A DNA stretch of 33,046 nt, taken from positions 654,782,001 through 654,815,046 of the forward strand of contig NC_091286.1 of assembly GCF_032444005.1 (NCBI RefSeq), given 5' to 3'. Origin of the DNA: Ranitomeya imitator. Lineage: Eukaryota. Positions 23,440 through 33,046 of this stretch are shown here, piece after piece. The notes under the pieces were generated by a model, which was given only the letters and a program-made list of their open reading frames with translations, ran no database searches and was not told where the DNA came from. Position 1 is the stretch's first letter. Every line of letters begins with the position of its first letter. The translations under genes were made by a program, and so were the position numbers.

Positions 23440-23991
23440 GGTATATCAACATAAAACATATTAGATTTAGTTGAAGCTGATCTGGAATGAGAAGTGTTGC
23501 TATATTGCTGATGGAATCGGTCATTGGGGTTACTACACCAATACACCCTAGAGGAAATCCTGTCCTGGAAATCACTTTAAATTTTTTTTTTTTTAATAAC
23601 TTGAATTTCATTGACCCAGAGCTCCAAAAATGGGCCAATCTCATCATTGAGTTTTTTGAGAACATCGCCCGTCATACCTTTCTGTAAGGTGATCTGCAGA
23701 GCCTCAATTTCTACATCCATGGATTCCAGAGAATTTTGATTCATTGCTTTAAGAAGTTCCAAAAACCCCTTTGAAAAGGTGTTCATTAATTCCTCCGTGG
23801 GATCAGATCTTTTTGGATATTTGTCCAGGAACGCATTGTTCCACTATATACGGGTCCTCCTCTTAAGTCCTTAAAATGATAAATAGCCTCCTGTTGGTCC
23901 CCGCTACACCCATCCGTACCCCACGATTGCGGTCTTGGAAAGCGTCTTTAATCTGTGCATGCCATGTGCGGTCGCGTGCACGAAAATCCAT
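23440..23991 (-). pseudogene. PLE ORF start and N-terminal domain remnant, probably the 5' part of the 19255-21190 element
   Basis: ATG at 23991 gives MDFRARDRTWHAQIKDAF..; then WNNAFLDKY../IPR; ORF 23577-23786 (..LELLKAMN..LWVNEIQVIKKKK); then RVYW. Same strand as, and upstream of, the RT. Confidence 0.6.
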
Positions 23992-24330
23992 GAAAAGGCT
24001 GGGATAAACTTTGTATATTGATTAGTTCTGTGTTTTTCACAAAGGAAAACCCAGTGGCATTTTAAATGCAAATGGCGGTATTACAGAATAGTAAACCACC
24101 ATGACAAAATTATTTTTAACTCCATAGATGCAAGCAAAAGCAGGAGAAGAAACTGAGTATCCAATAAGTCAATAAAAAAGTACAAATTTTATTGGAATAT
24201 AATTAAATCCATTAAAGAGATAAAGAATGACATTGATGCGAGCCAGGCTATATGGGACATCGACCAAGGCAGAAGCTCGTACTCACAGCCTTCACACCTG
24301 GACTCTTCAGCACTCCAGCATTGCCTAGAT

Positions 24331-24514
24331 CAGTGTTCCAAGTCCGGTCCTCAAGAGCCACCAGCAGGTCATGTTTTGAGGATTTCCTTAGTATTGCACA
24401 GGTTATAATTTCATCACCTGGACACGCAAGCATTCAATGACCTGTGCAATACTAAGAAAATCCTGAAAACATGACCTGTTGGTGGCTCTTGAGGATCGGA
24501 CTTGGGGAACACTG
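24331..24514. mobile_element. hAT MITE (184 bp), related to 23210-23371
   Basis: TIR CAGTGTTCC..AGTCCGGTCCTCAAGAGCCACCA. 8-bp TSD GCCTAGAT (24323-24330, 24515-24522). Confidence 0.92.
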
Positions 24515-24642
24515 GCCTAGATGATTCATGAGAAGTTATAAAACTTTCACTTTCTGTAGAATTTAACAGAAAAAAGTAACCACTTCATCATTGGTGAAAA
24601 CTGAATAGTACTTATTGCCCTATTTTAAGACCTTTCTTTTAT

Positions 24643-25690
24643 TTAAACATGAATGTTTATACACAGGTCTCTGTCATCAGAGCTTTCTCTGACCAGGCTC
24701 GCGTAACTCTTCATGTAATTTAGAACTTGATCAGATGTCCCTTCACCCATCTTTTTGATGACTGAGCTGATATCCTCTTTATCGTGGGCTTGGATAGCTG
24801 CATCCATTGCCGCCTGGAAACTGGTGATTCTATTGAGACCAGAGCGAGACTCAATTACTCGATGGGAAAATATAGGATACATCTAATTGGTTATACAAGA
24901 ATATGAAAGTGTGTATATGATATATTATATATATTTTCCAGACTAAAATGTAAAATCTCTGTCCAGTATAGCTTTACTAGAAAGGGGCATAATTATTGTA
25001 AGGCCATAATGAGAGAAGATCCTGAACCTATTGTAAAACGAATTTATATGTAATTTAGTTTTTGGTTTTTTTTGTGAACTTGAGAAGACTACTTGGGTTA
25101 TTTGGGGTCTGATCCATGAAGTTAAATACCGCTTTATGGGTTGAGAACTTTTGGTTCTCACTGAAAGATCATCTACACAGGTTTTCAGATGTAGATAATT
25201 TGCCCTCATAAAGCTGCTAATGTAACGATGGGTAAAGGCCGTTCACGTTACTTGGTTCATGTTCATCTAAAGACATCTCTGCCCAATTCAGTTTTAGTAC
25301 AGGCCCAGCGGAAATCCAAACCTGCTCACAAATCTCATCCACGGTCTTAAATAAAAAAAAAAAAAAAAGTGTGCATACTTGAATCCTTCCTAAGTGATTG
25401 ACATTTGCATTTAAGACCAGCTGTAATCTTTCAATTCAGAAACCAATGCAAATTAATAGTAAGCGTCATGGAAGATTTACAGCCCGTCCCATCTTAACTT
25501 CTTAGCATTCTGAGCTCCAAGTCGTGGAGCGATCACTTTTGCTTTTCTCATGACTCCGCTGTCTGTGGTTTCGTGGGCGATCCCTTTGGCCATACCCCAG
25601 AAGTAGAAGCGATTTGAGTGCTCCGATGCCCGACCACTTGTTCTATTTTAGGATTAGGAAGTGGCAGGGCATTACAGCTACCACCAGCTC
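24643..25690 (-). pseudogene. Decayed coding-like sequence of unknown origin; candidate endogenous viral element (nucleoprotein-like)
   Basis: ORFs 24943-25209 and 24643-24882 share one frame, separated by 20 codons containing stops. No TE motif recognised. Only by-eye similarity to pneumovirus-type N. Confidence 0.3.
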
Positions 25691-25692
25691 AA

Positions 25693-25968
25693 TACCCAGA
25701 TCCAACTAAAACCTTTTTAACCACAGCAGCTTTAGTGTATGCTACTGGAGCTAGAATTACCGCATCTGCTGGCACCAGACTCGCCTTCTACTTTAAATCC
25801 TTTTCTATCGCTCATTCCAATTAGAGGGCCTCTAAAGCATGCTTTTTTGCTGTTTTTCATCACTTCCTCACTAAGTTGGGCTTGAGTAATTTGTACAACT
25901 GCTGCCTTACTTGGCTGGTAGCCATTTCTCAGTCTCCCTCTCTGTTATCAAACCCCTGATTCTCCGTT
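25693..25968 (-). pseudogene. Diverged 18S rRNA fragment (rDNA-derived pseudogene)
   Basis: Minus strand reads GAGAGGGAGACTGAGAAATGGCTACCA...AAGGCAGCAG...AATTGGAATGAG...AGTCTGGTGCCAGCAGATGCGGTAATTCTAGCTCCA...GTTAAAAAG..TAGTTGGATCT, colinear with the conserved SSU region around the 530-loop equivalent. Many substitutions. Confidence 0.9.
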
Positions 25969-26279
25969 GTGGTATGGGGGTGAAGGTGGTCAGAAGGGAA
26001 AGTGGCTGGAGAGGTGCAGGCAGGTCCTAAAGTGACAGGTGTCCTGAAAACTACTCTTGCACCAGGTAGGTGAGGTGACTGGCCTACAGAGGAAACCACA
26101 GCCACCATCTCTCATAAGCCAAAGGGTCGCCTAGGTGAGGGCGTGGGGGTTTATGCAGTGTCTCCATCAGGTTTAGACCTGCCTCCACTATGGGATGTCA
26201 TCGACAAACCAGCGGATGGGCGTGGGGTTGAGAAAAGGAGGGTTGTAAAATGAACTTCTCTGAAAGTCTGTTCTGAATC

Positions 26280-26344
26280 CTGCACCGAACACTAGGTGTT
26301 TGGTACAGACACCGAACTTTACAGTTTGGGTTTGCTCATCCCTA
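26280..26344. mobile_element. Isolated terminus of a hAT-like non-autonomous element
   Basis: ...CCGAACTTTACAGTTTGGGTTTGCTCATCCCTA, the reverse complement of a TAGGGATGAGC-type end. Confidence 0.45.
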
Positions 26345-26989
26345 TTAATAATGAGATAATATAATTAAGGAACTTGGTAATTTTATATTTAGTTTGGGTA
26401 TATTACTGCTCTAAGTGACGTATGTACATAATTCAATGAAAAGGAATGACAGCGATGTCTGAAAACTCCCACTCAAATGATGCGCACAGTGCATGCAGCC
26501 CATAATACATACAAAGAAAATAAGCCCATAAAGGCAAGGTATCTCGAAAATGTAATAAAAAAAAAAAGGGAGGACATCGTATGACCCGAGTAACCCATAT
26601 ACATATCTGTCTACGTCAGCGCTCATGACTTAATATATAGATGGAGAAATAGTATGTGTATACGCCATACATCATAATAAAGTAGTTCATACTCCCAAAG
26701 GGGAGGTTTACTAGAGTACAATTATCCCATCAATGATTCAAGATAAATTGAAACAATCCTGAGAATCCAATGATCCTAGAAGTCCAGAGTACAGTGATCC
26801 ATAGAATTCTAGAGGGATCCCAATGGGTGTTTATCCAGAATGTATATGTAGTAGAAGCCAACAAAATTGAAACTAAAAGCGAATGACTGTAGTGTTTGTA
26901 GCCGCCCATCAGTATTAGCAAGTGCACTAGATGTATCTAGATACCAGATAAGCCGACCTCGGCCTCCCTCCCTACCAGAAATCCGGTAT

Positions 26990-27910
26990 ACAACAATTCC
27001 TTGTTAAGGCCAGAGGGCAATAGAGACTCAAGATTAAAGATCCATCTGGACTATCTGTAGGCGCCTGCTATGGCATTCGCCACCTTTAGTGCTGGTGTTC
27101 TCTATTTGCAGCCCAATAACCCTAATGTTGCTGGGTGTACTTTGATGATATTGGAAAAAATGTTCAGCAACCGAGGTCAAGGTTTTTCCCTTAAGGATAT
27201 CAACCAGTGTCAGATTGATGGTAGAAATAGGCTTGCTTTTTTTAATTTTTTTTTTTCTAACCTCCTGCAATGTCTGGCTGACTTAGACATTGTTGCAAGC
27301 ACATACAGTATGATGGCATTAATCAGATTTTTAGTCTTGCAGTTAATACTGTATATGCCTTTTAGAGAAAAACATTTACAATGTGTGGGGTTGATGAAGG
27401 AATCCCTCGTAGGGAGCATAAGAGGGCATACATGGGAAGGAGCCCCTAAGGGACATACCCCTAGTCAATTTCTGGGTCGGCCTATGGAAGTGGCTCATGG
27501 TGAAGTGATCACCCAGATTTTGGGCCCTTTAGGCAGTTGAGGGTGACCCCTGACAGCTTATCTGGTCTGTATCCTCCAGTGATCCTTTGGAATTTCCTTC
27601 ACCTTACAACATTAAGTGGTGTTGTAGTCTGTAACGAACCAGATATATCCCTCATCTCAATCCCTAGATTGTAATTTCTACAAGAGTGCTTTCGCTCACT
27701 GGAAAGGAGAGGACAGGTATCCCTGTTGCTTGAAACGATCAGTCAACCCATGTTCATGATGTAGAAAATCCTCATCTCTGGTACAATTGTGTCTAGTCCT
27801 CAGGAACTGGTCCACTGGCACTCCCTTTTTTGTATGTGATGGATGGAAGCTAGAAAACTGAATCATGCTGTTTGTTGCCATAGGTTTACGAAACGGCTTG
27901 GTACATCTTT
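26990..27910 (-). pseudogene. PLE RT C-terminus plus GIY-YIG remnant
   Basis: RKPMATNSMIQFSSFHPSHTKKGVPVDQFLRTRHNC..FKQQGY; INCKTKNLINAII; QEVRK; SVAEHFFQYH..IRVIGLQ..KGGE. Confidence 0.85.
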
Positions 27911-28507
27911 AAACGTATGCCTGTTTTGTCATAACGTTAGTCAGGCACATTATGGAGCACCCTATAGAGAGTTAATGGTTGTGCATCCGGCTCCTGTTCA
28001 TCTGCCCATGTAGATGAGGAGCCGCTCTCCTCACTGGCTGCAGCGCTATCTGTGACCTTGTTTGCAACAGCGGAGATACTGCACTGGACCTGGGGAGAAT
28101 GAGTGAATTGTATATTTGAGATATATATTTATATTTATATTTATTTTTTTATTTTTTTTATAAACTGCAGCTTGGGTGCAAAATGTGTTTTCGAGTTTTA
28201 GAAACCTCTTTACAGATATGCTCTAGGTGACTAGTACCATATAAAACCAAACGATCATGAAGGAAGGTCCAGCTCTGCGATATCCATAAAAAATTTGTAT
28301 TCATAATTCACTACAAAAATCTTTTCGATGCAATCCGCATAAATGTCACCAGCTCCCTATGTGAAGGTGTATAGAAGCATACGCACTTCAATCCTTGCGG
28401 TTCTTAATCATTGCATGCTATACCAACATAATCCTCAACATTGCATAGCCCACCCGATTAAATCAACTGACCAAGGTAACAAATCATTAGTGCCTGATCG
28501 CAGCTAA

Positions 28508-28769
28508 GGTTACTTTCACACTAGCGTCGGAATCTCCCTGTCGCAATGCGTCAGGGAGAGATTCCGATTCTAGCGTTTAACGTACTGCACAATGGAGGCA
28601 GCGGATGCATTTCTCTGGCGCATCCGCTGCCCCATTGTAAGGTGCTGGGAGGTGGGGGTGGAGTTCCGGCCGCGCATGCGCGGTCGGAAAAAGCGGTCCA
28701 TCAGGAGCAAAAAACGTTACATGTAGCGTTTTTTACTCCCGACGGTCCGCAAAAGCACGACGCATCCGT
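28508..28769. mobile_element. Truncated Harbinger-like MITE (left part)
   Basis: TAA|GGTTACTTTCACACTAGCGT start. Internal hairpins GGAATCTCCCTG../..CAGGGAGAGATTCC and GCAGCGGATGC../..GCATCCGCTGC. No right TIR. Confidence 0.6.
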
Positions 28770-29974
28770 GGAGCCCTAGTTTGTAGAACCTATATGCACC
28801 AAGATTCCCTATTGAGGAGCTTTCTATGGTGATCTTGTTTTATACCTATAACCCTACAATTTGTATTATCCCCCATCGTGGAATGATAAATGTTTAGTGG
28901 CTTCTAAGCACTTTTCAAGAACCATTTTGTTTATAGCATCTGATAAGTGGCTTCTTATTCTCACTTAAAGTTGATTTGTTGTACAACCGACATATTGTTA
29001 AAATGTAGAATTTGTACATTTTGTAACTTACAATAAGAACTTTTTATATGCAATTAATTTTCTATGATTTGTGTAACTGTAGAATAAAATTCCTTAGTAT
29101 TTTCCATGATTTCAGCATGTACATACTGTAGTGTTAACACTTACATGAACCCACTGTGTGGAGCCGAATTTTATCCCTATCGATCTGTTGGTTTAATATA
29201 CAAAAAAACTGACCGGCACCTCCTAATTGTGAATATGTGCAAGCTGCCAGACTGCATTATATAGAAAAAAAGAAAGCACAGCAGCACTATGTTTAAGTTT
29301 AGGCCATGTGAAAACAAAGAAAACATTAAAAACATTTAATCTAGATTTTACTACTTCGAGAAAAATTTTTTGAATTTTTTTTTTACTTACGGAAATTAAT
29401 GAAAATGAAGGTTCTTGAGCATACATGAATTGGCCAATTTATGCTCTATCAACCACGGCAAGGTGACCTCCCTCTGATGGGTACCTGTTCTACTGTACAT
29501 GCCTTCTCTTGGACGATCAACCTACAATTTTAGACACGTCTACTCTCTGGTTTAGCCTACAATTTATGGGCAAGTAGAGCTGATTATGGCCACATGAAGG
29601 TCAATGGGAGTGCAGAATCTCCCATTCCCTAGTCTTGATATAGACTAGGGGATGGGAGATTTCCCAGAGTAGGTGCCTTCAAGTGGAATATCTAGATTAA
29701 GTATTTAATTTGTCATTTTGATATATAATGGGTTTTTGTTTTTCTTATAATCCCCTTAATTTCTGAGAACTGTGGGCTATACGGTGTAACAAACGAAACT
29801 GGATGGTGAAGTCATTTTCTTTTGTAGTTTCTTTTTTCTCTTTCAACCTATTGTCTCTGTTGCTGTGGGTTACTACAGTTCTTGCCCTGTCCATCATCCA
29901 CTTGGCGTATCCTCGTTCTTGAACTCTAATTTTCACCTTAAGAGCTTATTCATTGAAGGTGACCTCCTGTGATG

Positions 29975-30855
29975 GGCTGATCTAGTTCTGTGGTACTGGA
30001 TGGACATTGTTCCCCACCGCATGTAAATGGGTTAGAGTGTGATCCTGATCTTCCTGAATCGTCACTCAGATAAGTTCTCTTAAATGCCTATAAGTATGTC
30101 TCCTGATGAACTGATTTCAGGGAAACGCGTCGAGATTTTCATACTTTAAAGAGAATTTTATTCTTGGTATTGCACGTTTTGGATTTTGTTTATTTTATTT
30201 ACACTGTTTGCAGTGCCATTTTGGGATTTGTTATGTTTTATTCTTATTGAGTATTGTTTTTGCCCCTAACTGTACATCTTATATAGTATTTTGTTATCCC
30301 CTTACAAGTAGCCTAGGGTTTTAATAGGGGTAGACTACATGGAGTGGGGGCGCCATTTGCGCAGGATCTTAGGGTGCCAACCCCCACTGGCAGGTAGGGG
30401 GAACTAGGGTGCTGATATAGGCTTCCTTAGTTTGTTGCTTATTACTACTTATGCAACATCCAAACGAGTGTTGGGGTATGCACTTTAGTATCTGGGTAGT
30501 GCAATATGTTTATCTTTAGTTACTGTTAGTTTGAGTGTATGCTCTGCTGTTTGATTTTTTTCTTGCACGTAAGGGTCTATTAGGGCGATTTAGGGATAGC
30601 CTACGTTGAGCGGGGGCGCCATTGCGCAGGTTATATAGGGTGCCAACCTCCGCGGCAAGGTAGGGGACAGATAGTTGGGACCCTAGGGATCGAGAGCACC
30701 CTGTATCTTTAACTTATATCTCTGTGTCAAACAGTAGATACTGGTTTTAGGTTGTATGTGGTATGTGTTTTTTATCATAATAAAACTTAACATTTAATAA
30801 TTTTCTTTGTGTATCTTATTCTATTCATATATGGTGTTCCTTCGCTGTGAATTTT
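29975..30855 (+). mobile_element. 881-bp non-coding hammerhead-bearing retro-insertion (solo pseudo-LTR or retrozyme-like)
   Basis: Flanked by an exact 15-bp direct repeat TGACCTCCTGTGATG (29960-29974, 30856-30870). Interrupts the PLE coding remnant. Contains a hammerhead and AATAAA (~30779). Confidence 0.7.
30099..30135 (+). ncRNA. Minimal type I hammerhead ribozyme
   Basis: TCTC CTGATGA A CTG attt CAG G GAAA C GC GTC GAGA: 4-bp stem I, canonical CUGAUGA and GAAA core, palindromic stem III, GUC cleavage triplet (after 30131). Confidence 0.8.
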
Positions 30856-31048
30856 TGACCTCCTGTGATGTATAGCTCCTAGAGCAGATAAAACAATAAA
30901 AAAAAAAATCCTACTTGGTGAATTTGAGTGACAAGATGTAGCATAAAGTGTGGAATTTAGTGATTAGTTACCCCGTTTAGGAAAATGCAAAGTCCGCTGG
31001 GGCAAAAAAAAATTCCAAATATCAAAAAAATCATTTTTTTTAGGTTGT

Positions 31049-31627
31049 ATGTAACATAGTAATATAGGAACAGTTAGCAAGGCCGAAAAGACCTTTGTCC
31101 ATCCAGTTCAGCCTATATTCCATCATAATAAATCCCCAGATCTACGTCCTTCTACAGAACCTAATAATTGTATGATACAATATTGTTCTGCTCCAGGAAG
31201 ACATCCAGGCCTCTCTTGAACCCCCTCGACTGAGTTCGCCATCACCACCTCCTCAGGCAAGCAATTCCAGATTCTCACTGCCCTAACAGTAAAGAATCCT
31301 CTTCTATGTTGGTGGAAAAACCTTCTCTCCTCCAGACGCAGAGAATGCTCCCTCGTGACCGTCACCTTCCTTGGTATAAACAGATCCTCAGATATTTGTA
31401 TTGTCTCCACTTATATACTTGTACATGGTTTAGATCGCCCCTTAGTCGTGTTTTTTTTTTTTTTTTTTAGACAAAATAATCCTAATTTTGCTAATCTCTC
31501 TTGGTATTGGTTTCCCCCATCCCCTTTATTAATTTTGTTGCCCTCCTTTGTACTCGCTCTAGTTCCATTATATCCTTCTTGAACACCGGTGCCCAAAACT
31601 GTACACCGTACTCCATGTGCGGTCTAA
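31049..31627 (-). mobile_element. CR1 LINE 3' fragment inserted in the PLE
   Basis: [36 protein letters not shown] ... RRGFFTVRAVRIWNCLPEEVV, with a decayed CTATGTTAC tail. Confidence 0.92.
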
Positions 31628-33046
31628 TGTTAAACATAAAACCCAAATTCCTATCATTATGGTTCATACATGTCACAAATTCTCCGGCTGCCTCTTCCGT
31701 CCCCTCCTAGATCAGGAGGAGGTTGTCAAAATAGCGGCCATACCACCTGATTTGGGAGCGGAGGTCGGACGCAGCTGAGAAAATAAATGCCTCCTCCCAA
31801 ATTGCCATGTCAATATTAGCTAGAGATGGTGAAAAGCCCGTGCCCATTGGGCTCCCTGTTTCTGAATGTGAAAAATACTATTAAACGAAAATTGTGTGGT
31901 AAGGGCTACAGAATTTTAAGATAAATGTTTTTTATGGACACAGTATAATTACTATATAATTAAAAAAAATGACAGATTTAATTGCTAAGGTATGGGGATA
32001 CTAAGATGTAGGCCAGTGACATTGCATGATACCCATATGGGAACCATCCAGGGATGAAATTACATGTTAGGTGTCTCTTAATTAACAAGGAATATTTTTT
32101 TTTATGAAGTGCTTAAGATGCATATCTAACCATGAACTAAGTTTTTCTCCTAAATTACCTATCCCTGCTACAATGGGATGTAGAGGAGGAGGAAACTGAC
32201 CCTTATGAATTTTTAGGGAGGGAGTGAAAAATGGGGGTAACTGGAAAATGTACTAAGAAATTGTCAGAAGATTTTTTTTTTTTATCACCGCTCCCATTTC
32301 AACATCCTCCTGTAATACATTTTCCAAAGCCTTTAGGAACTTCGTCAAATGTATCAAAGCTTGACCTTTGAACCTACTACTGTCTTAAAACTTAACCATA
32401 TTTAATTTTTCATATAGTTCTGCTTTCAGAATTACTACTGCTGCCTCTTATCAGATCTTAGTATGATCATGTCCTTAGCGTTTGAAAGTTCTTTCAATGC
32501 TTTTTTTTATTTTTTACACATTCGATTTGGATTGTTCTTTTCCAGTATTTTTTTTTTTTTTCAATGTATGTAAATCTTTTCCCACTAATTCCTGAAAATC
32601 AGGGACTGCAGGGGATATATATATATATTTGTTATTATTATTCTATATTGAGAAATAAAACCAAAATATTGGAAGTGCACAATTCATACTTAAGATTTTA
32701 CAGAATATAAACCCATAAGTTTACCCCCAGTGCGGCATGTACCGGTATGAAGTCCTGAGATGTGTGAAGAGCAGATGTGTATGGGGGTACGGTACTTTGC
32801 CCACCGTGCTCCTACTAAGGCCCTGACACGAACGCTGGAGACGTGCAAAGTTAAAAATGTGTAGGATCATCTAGACCGGATGATGGACATCGAAATCCTG
32901 AGCGCTGTTTAGTATTGTGTGTGATCTTCACTGCTCATGGGGCGGTGGCTGCTTTTATATTTTCACTTGATGTATGATGTGGATGGAGTATCGGCAGAAG
33001 CGGTTGGCGTGACATGAGAACACATGCTAGAACTCCTTTCTTCAAA

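Larger units (their letters stand above)
29270..32760 (-). pseudogene. Heavily decayed PLE (RT through GIY-YIG) interrupted by two younger insertions
   Basis: In order on the minus strand: ALKELSNAKDMIILRSDK; TPIFHSLPKIHK; NVTGLHLSIP; MGTGFSPSLANIDMAIWE; WYGRYFDNLLLI; NHNDRNLGF; [CR1]; LYATSCH; [881-bp insert]; QERGY; TCP..VG; HGLN. Confidence 0.8.

Noticed and set aside
24270-24311. Minus-strand CTGAAGA upstream of the PLE start
   Set aside because: The position fits, but stem II and GAAAC cannot be formed.
24665-24884. Host exon (AG immediately before the ATG on the minus strand)
   Set aside because: Weak polypyrimidine tract, no convincing GTRAG donor and no partner exons in the window; not fully excluded.
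27070-27540. 156-aa plus-strand ORF
   Set aside because: Antisense shadow of the GIY-YIG remnant.
29461-29481. Third imperfect copy of the 15-bp TSD sequence (AGGTGACCTCCCTCTGATGGG)
   Set aside because: It falls in the GIY-YIG coding remnant (EQVPIRGRSP on the minus strand) and is probably coincidental, though it slightly weakens the TSD interpretation.

Overview
Eukaryotic DNA made almost entirely of repeats. The repeat families look like those I recall from anuran (frog) genomes; that assignment is inference. No intact host gene or intact transposon ORF is visible. Bases 1-13,100 are dominated by non-autonomous TTAA-flanked (piggyBac-like) DNA elements that carry telomere-like (TTAGGG)n arrays, plus a 1.3-kb foldback element and several MITEs. 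Bases 13,100-33,046 are a nested pile of decayed Penelope-like retroelements (PLE; RT and GIY-YIG remnants, mostly minus strand), interrupted by a solo LTR, CR1 and L2 LINE 3' ends and hAT MITEs. The best leads are: (i) an 881-bp non-coding insertion with a 15-bp target duplication that carries a minimal hammerhead ribozyme and two copies of an unrecognised, covarying RNA-like motif; (ii) further hammerhead variants; (iii) a ~1-kb decayed non-TE reading frame with weak by-eye resemblance to a negative-strand RNA virus nucleoprotein, joined directly to a diverged 18S rRNA fragment. All alignments and translations were done by eye, so boundaries without a TSD or TIR are approximate.
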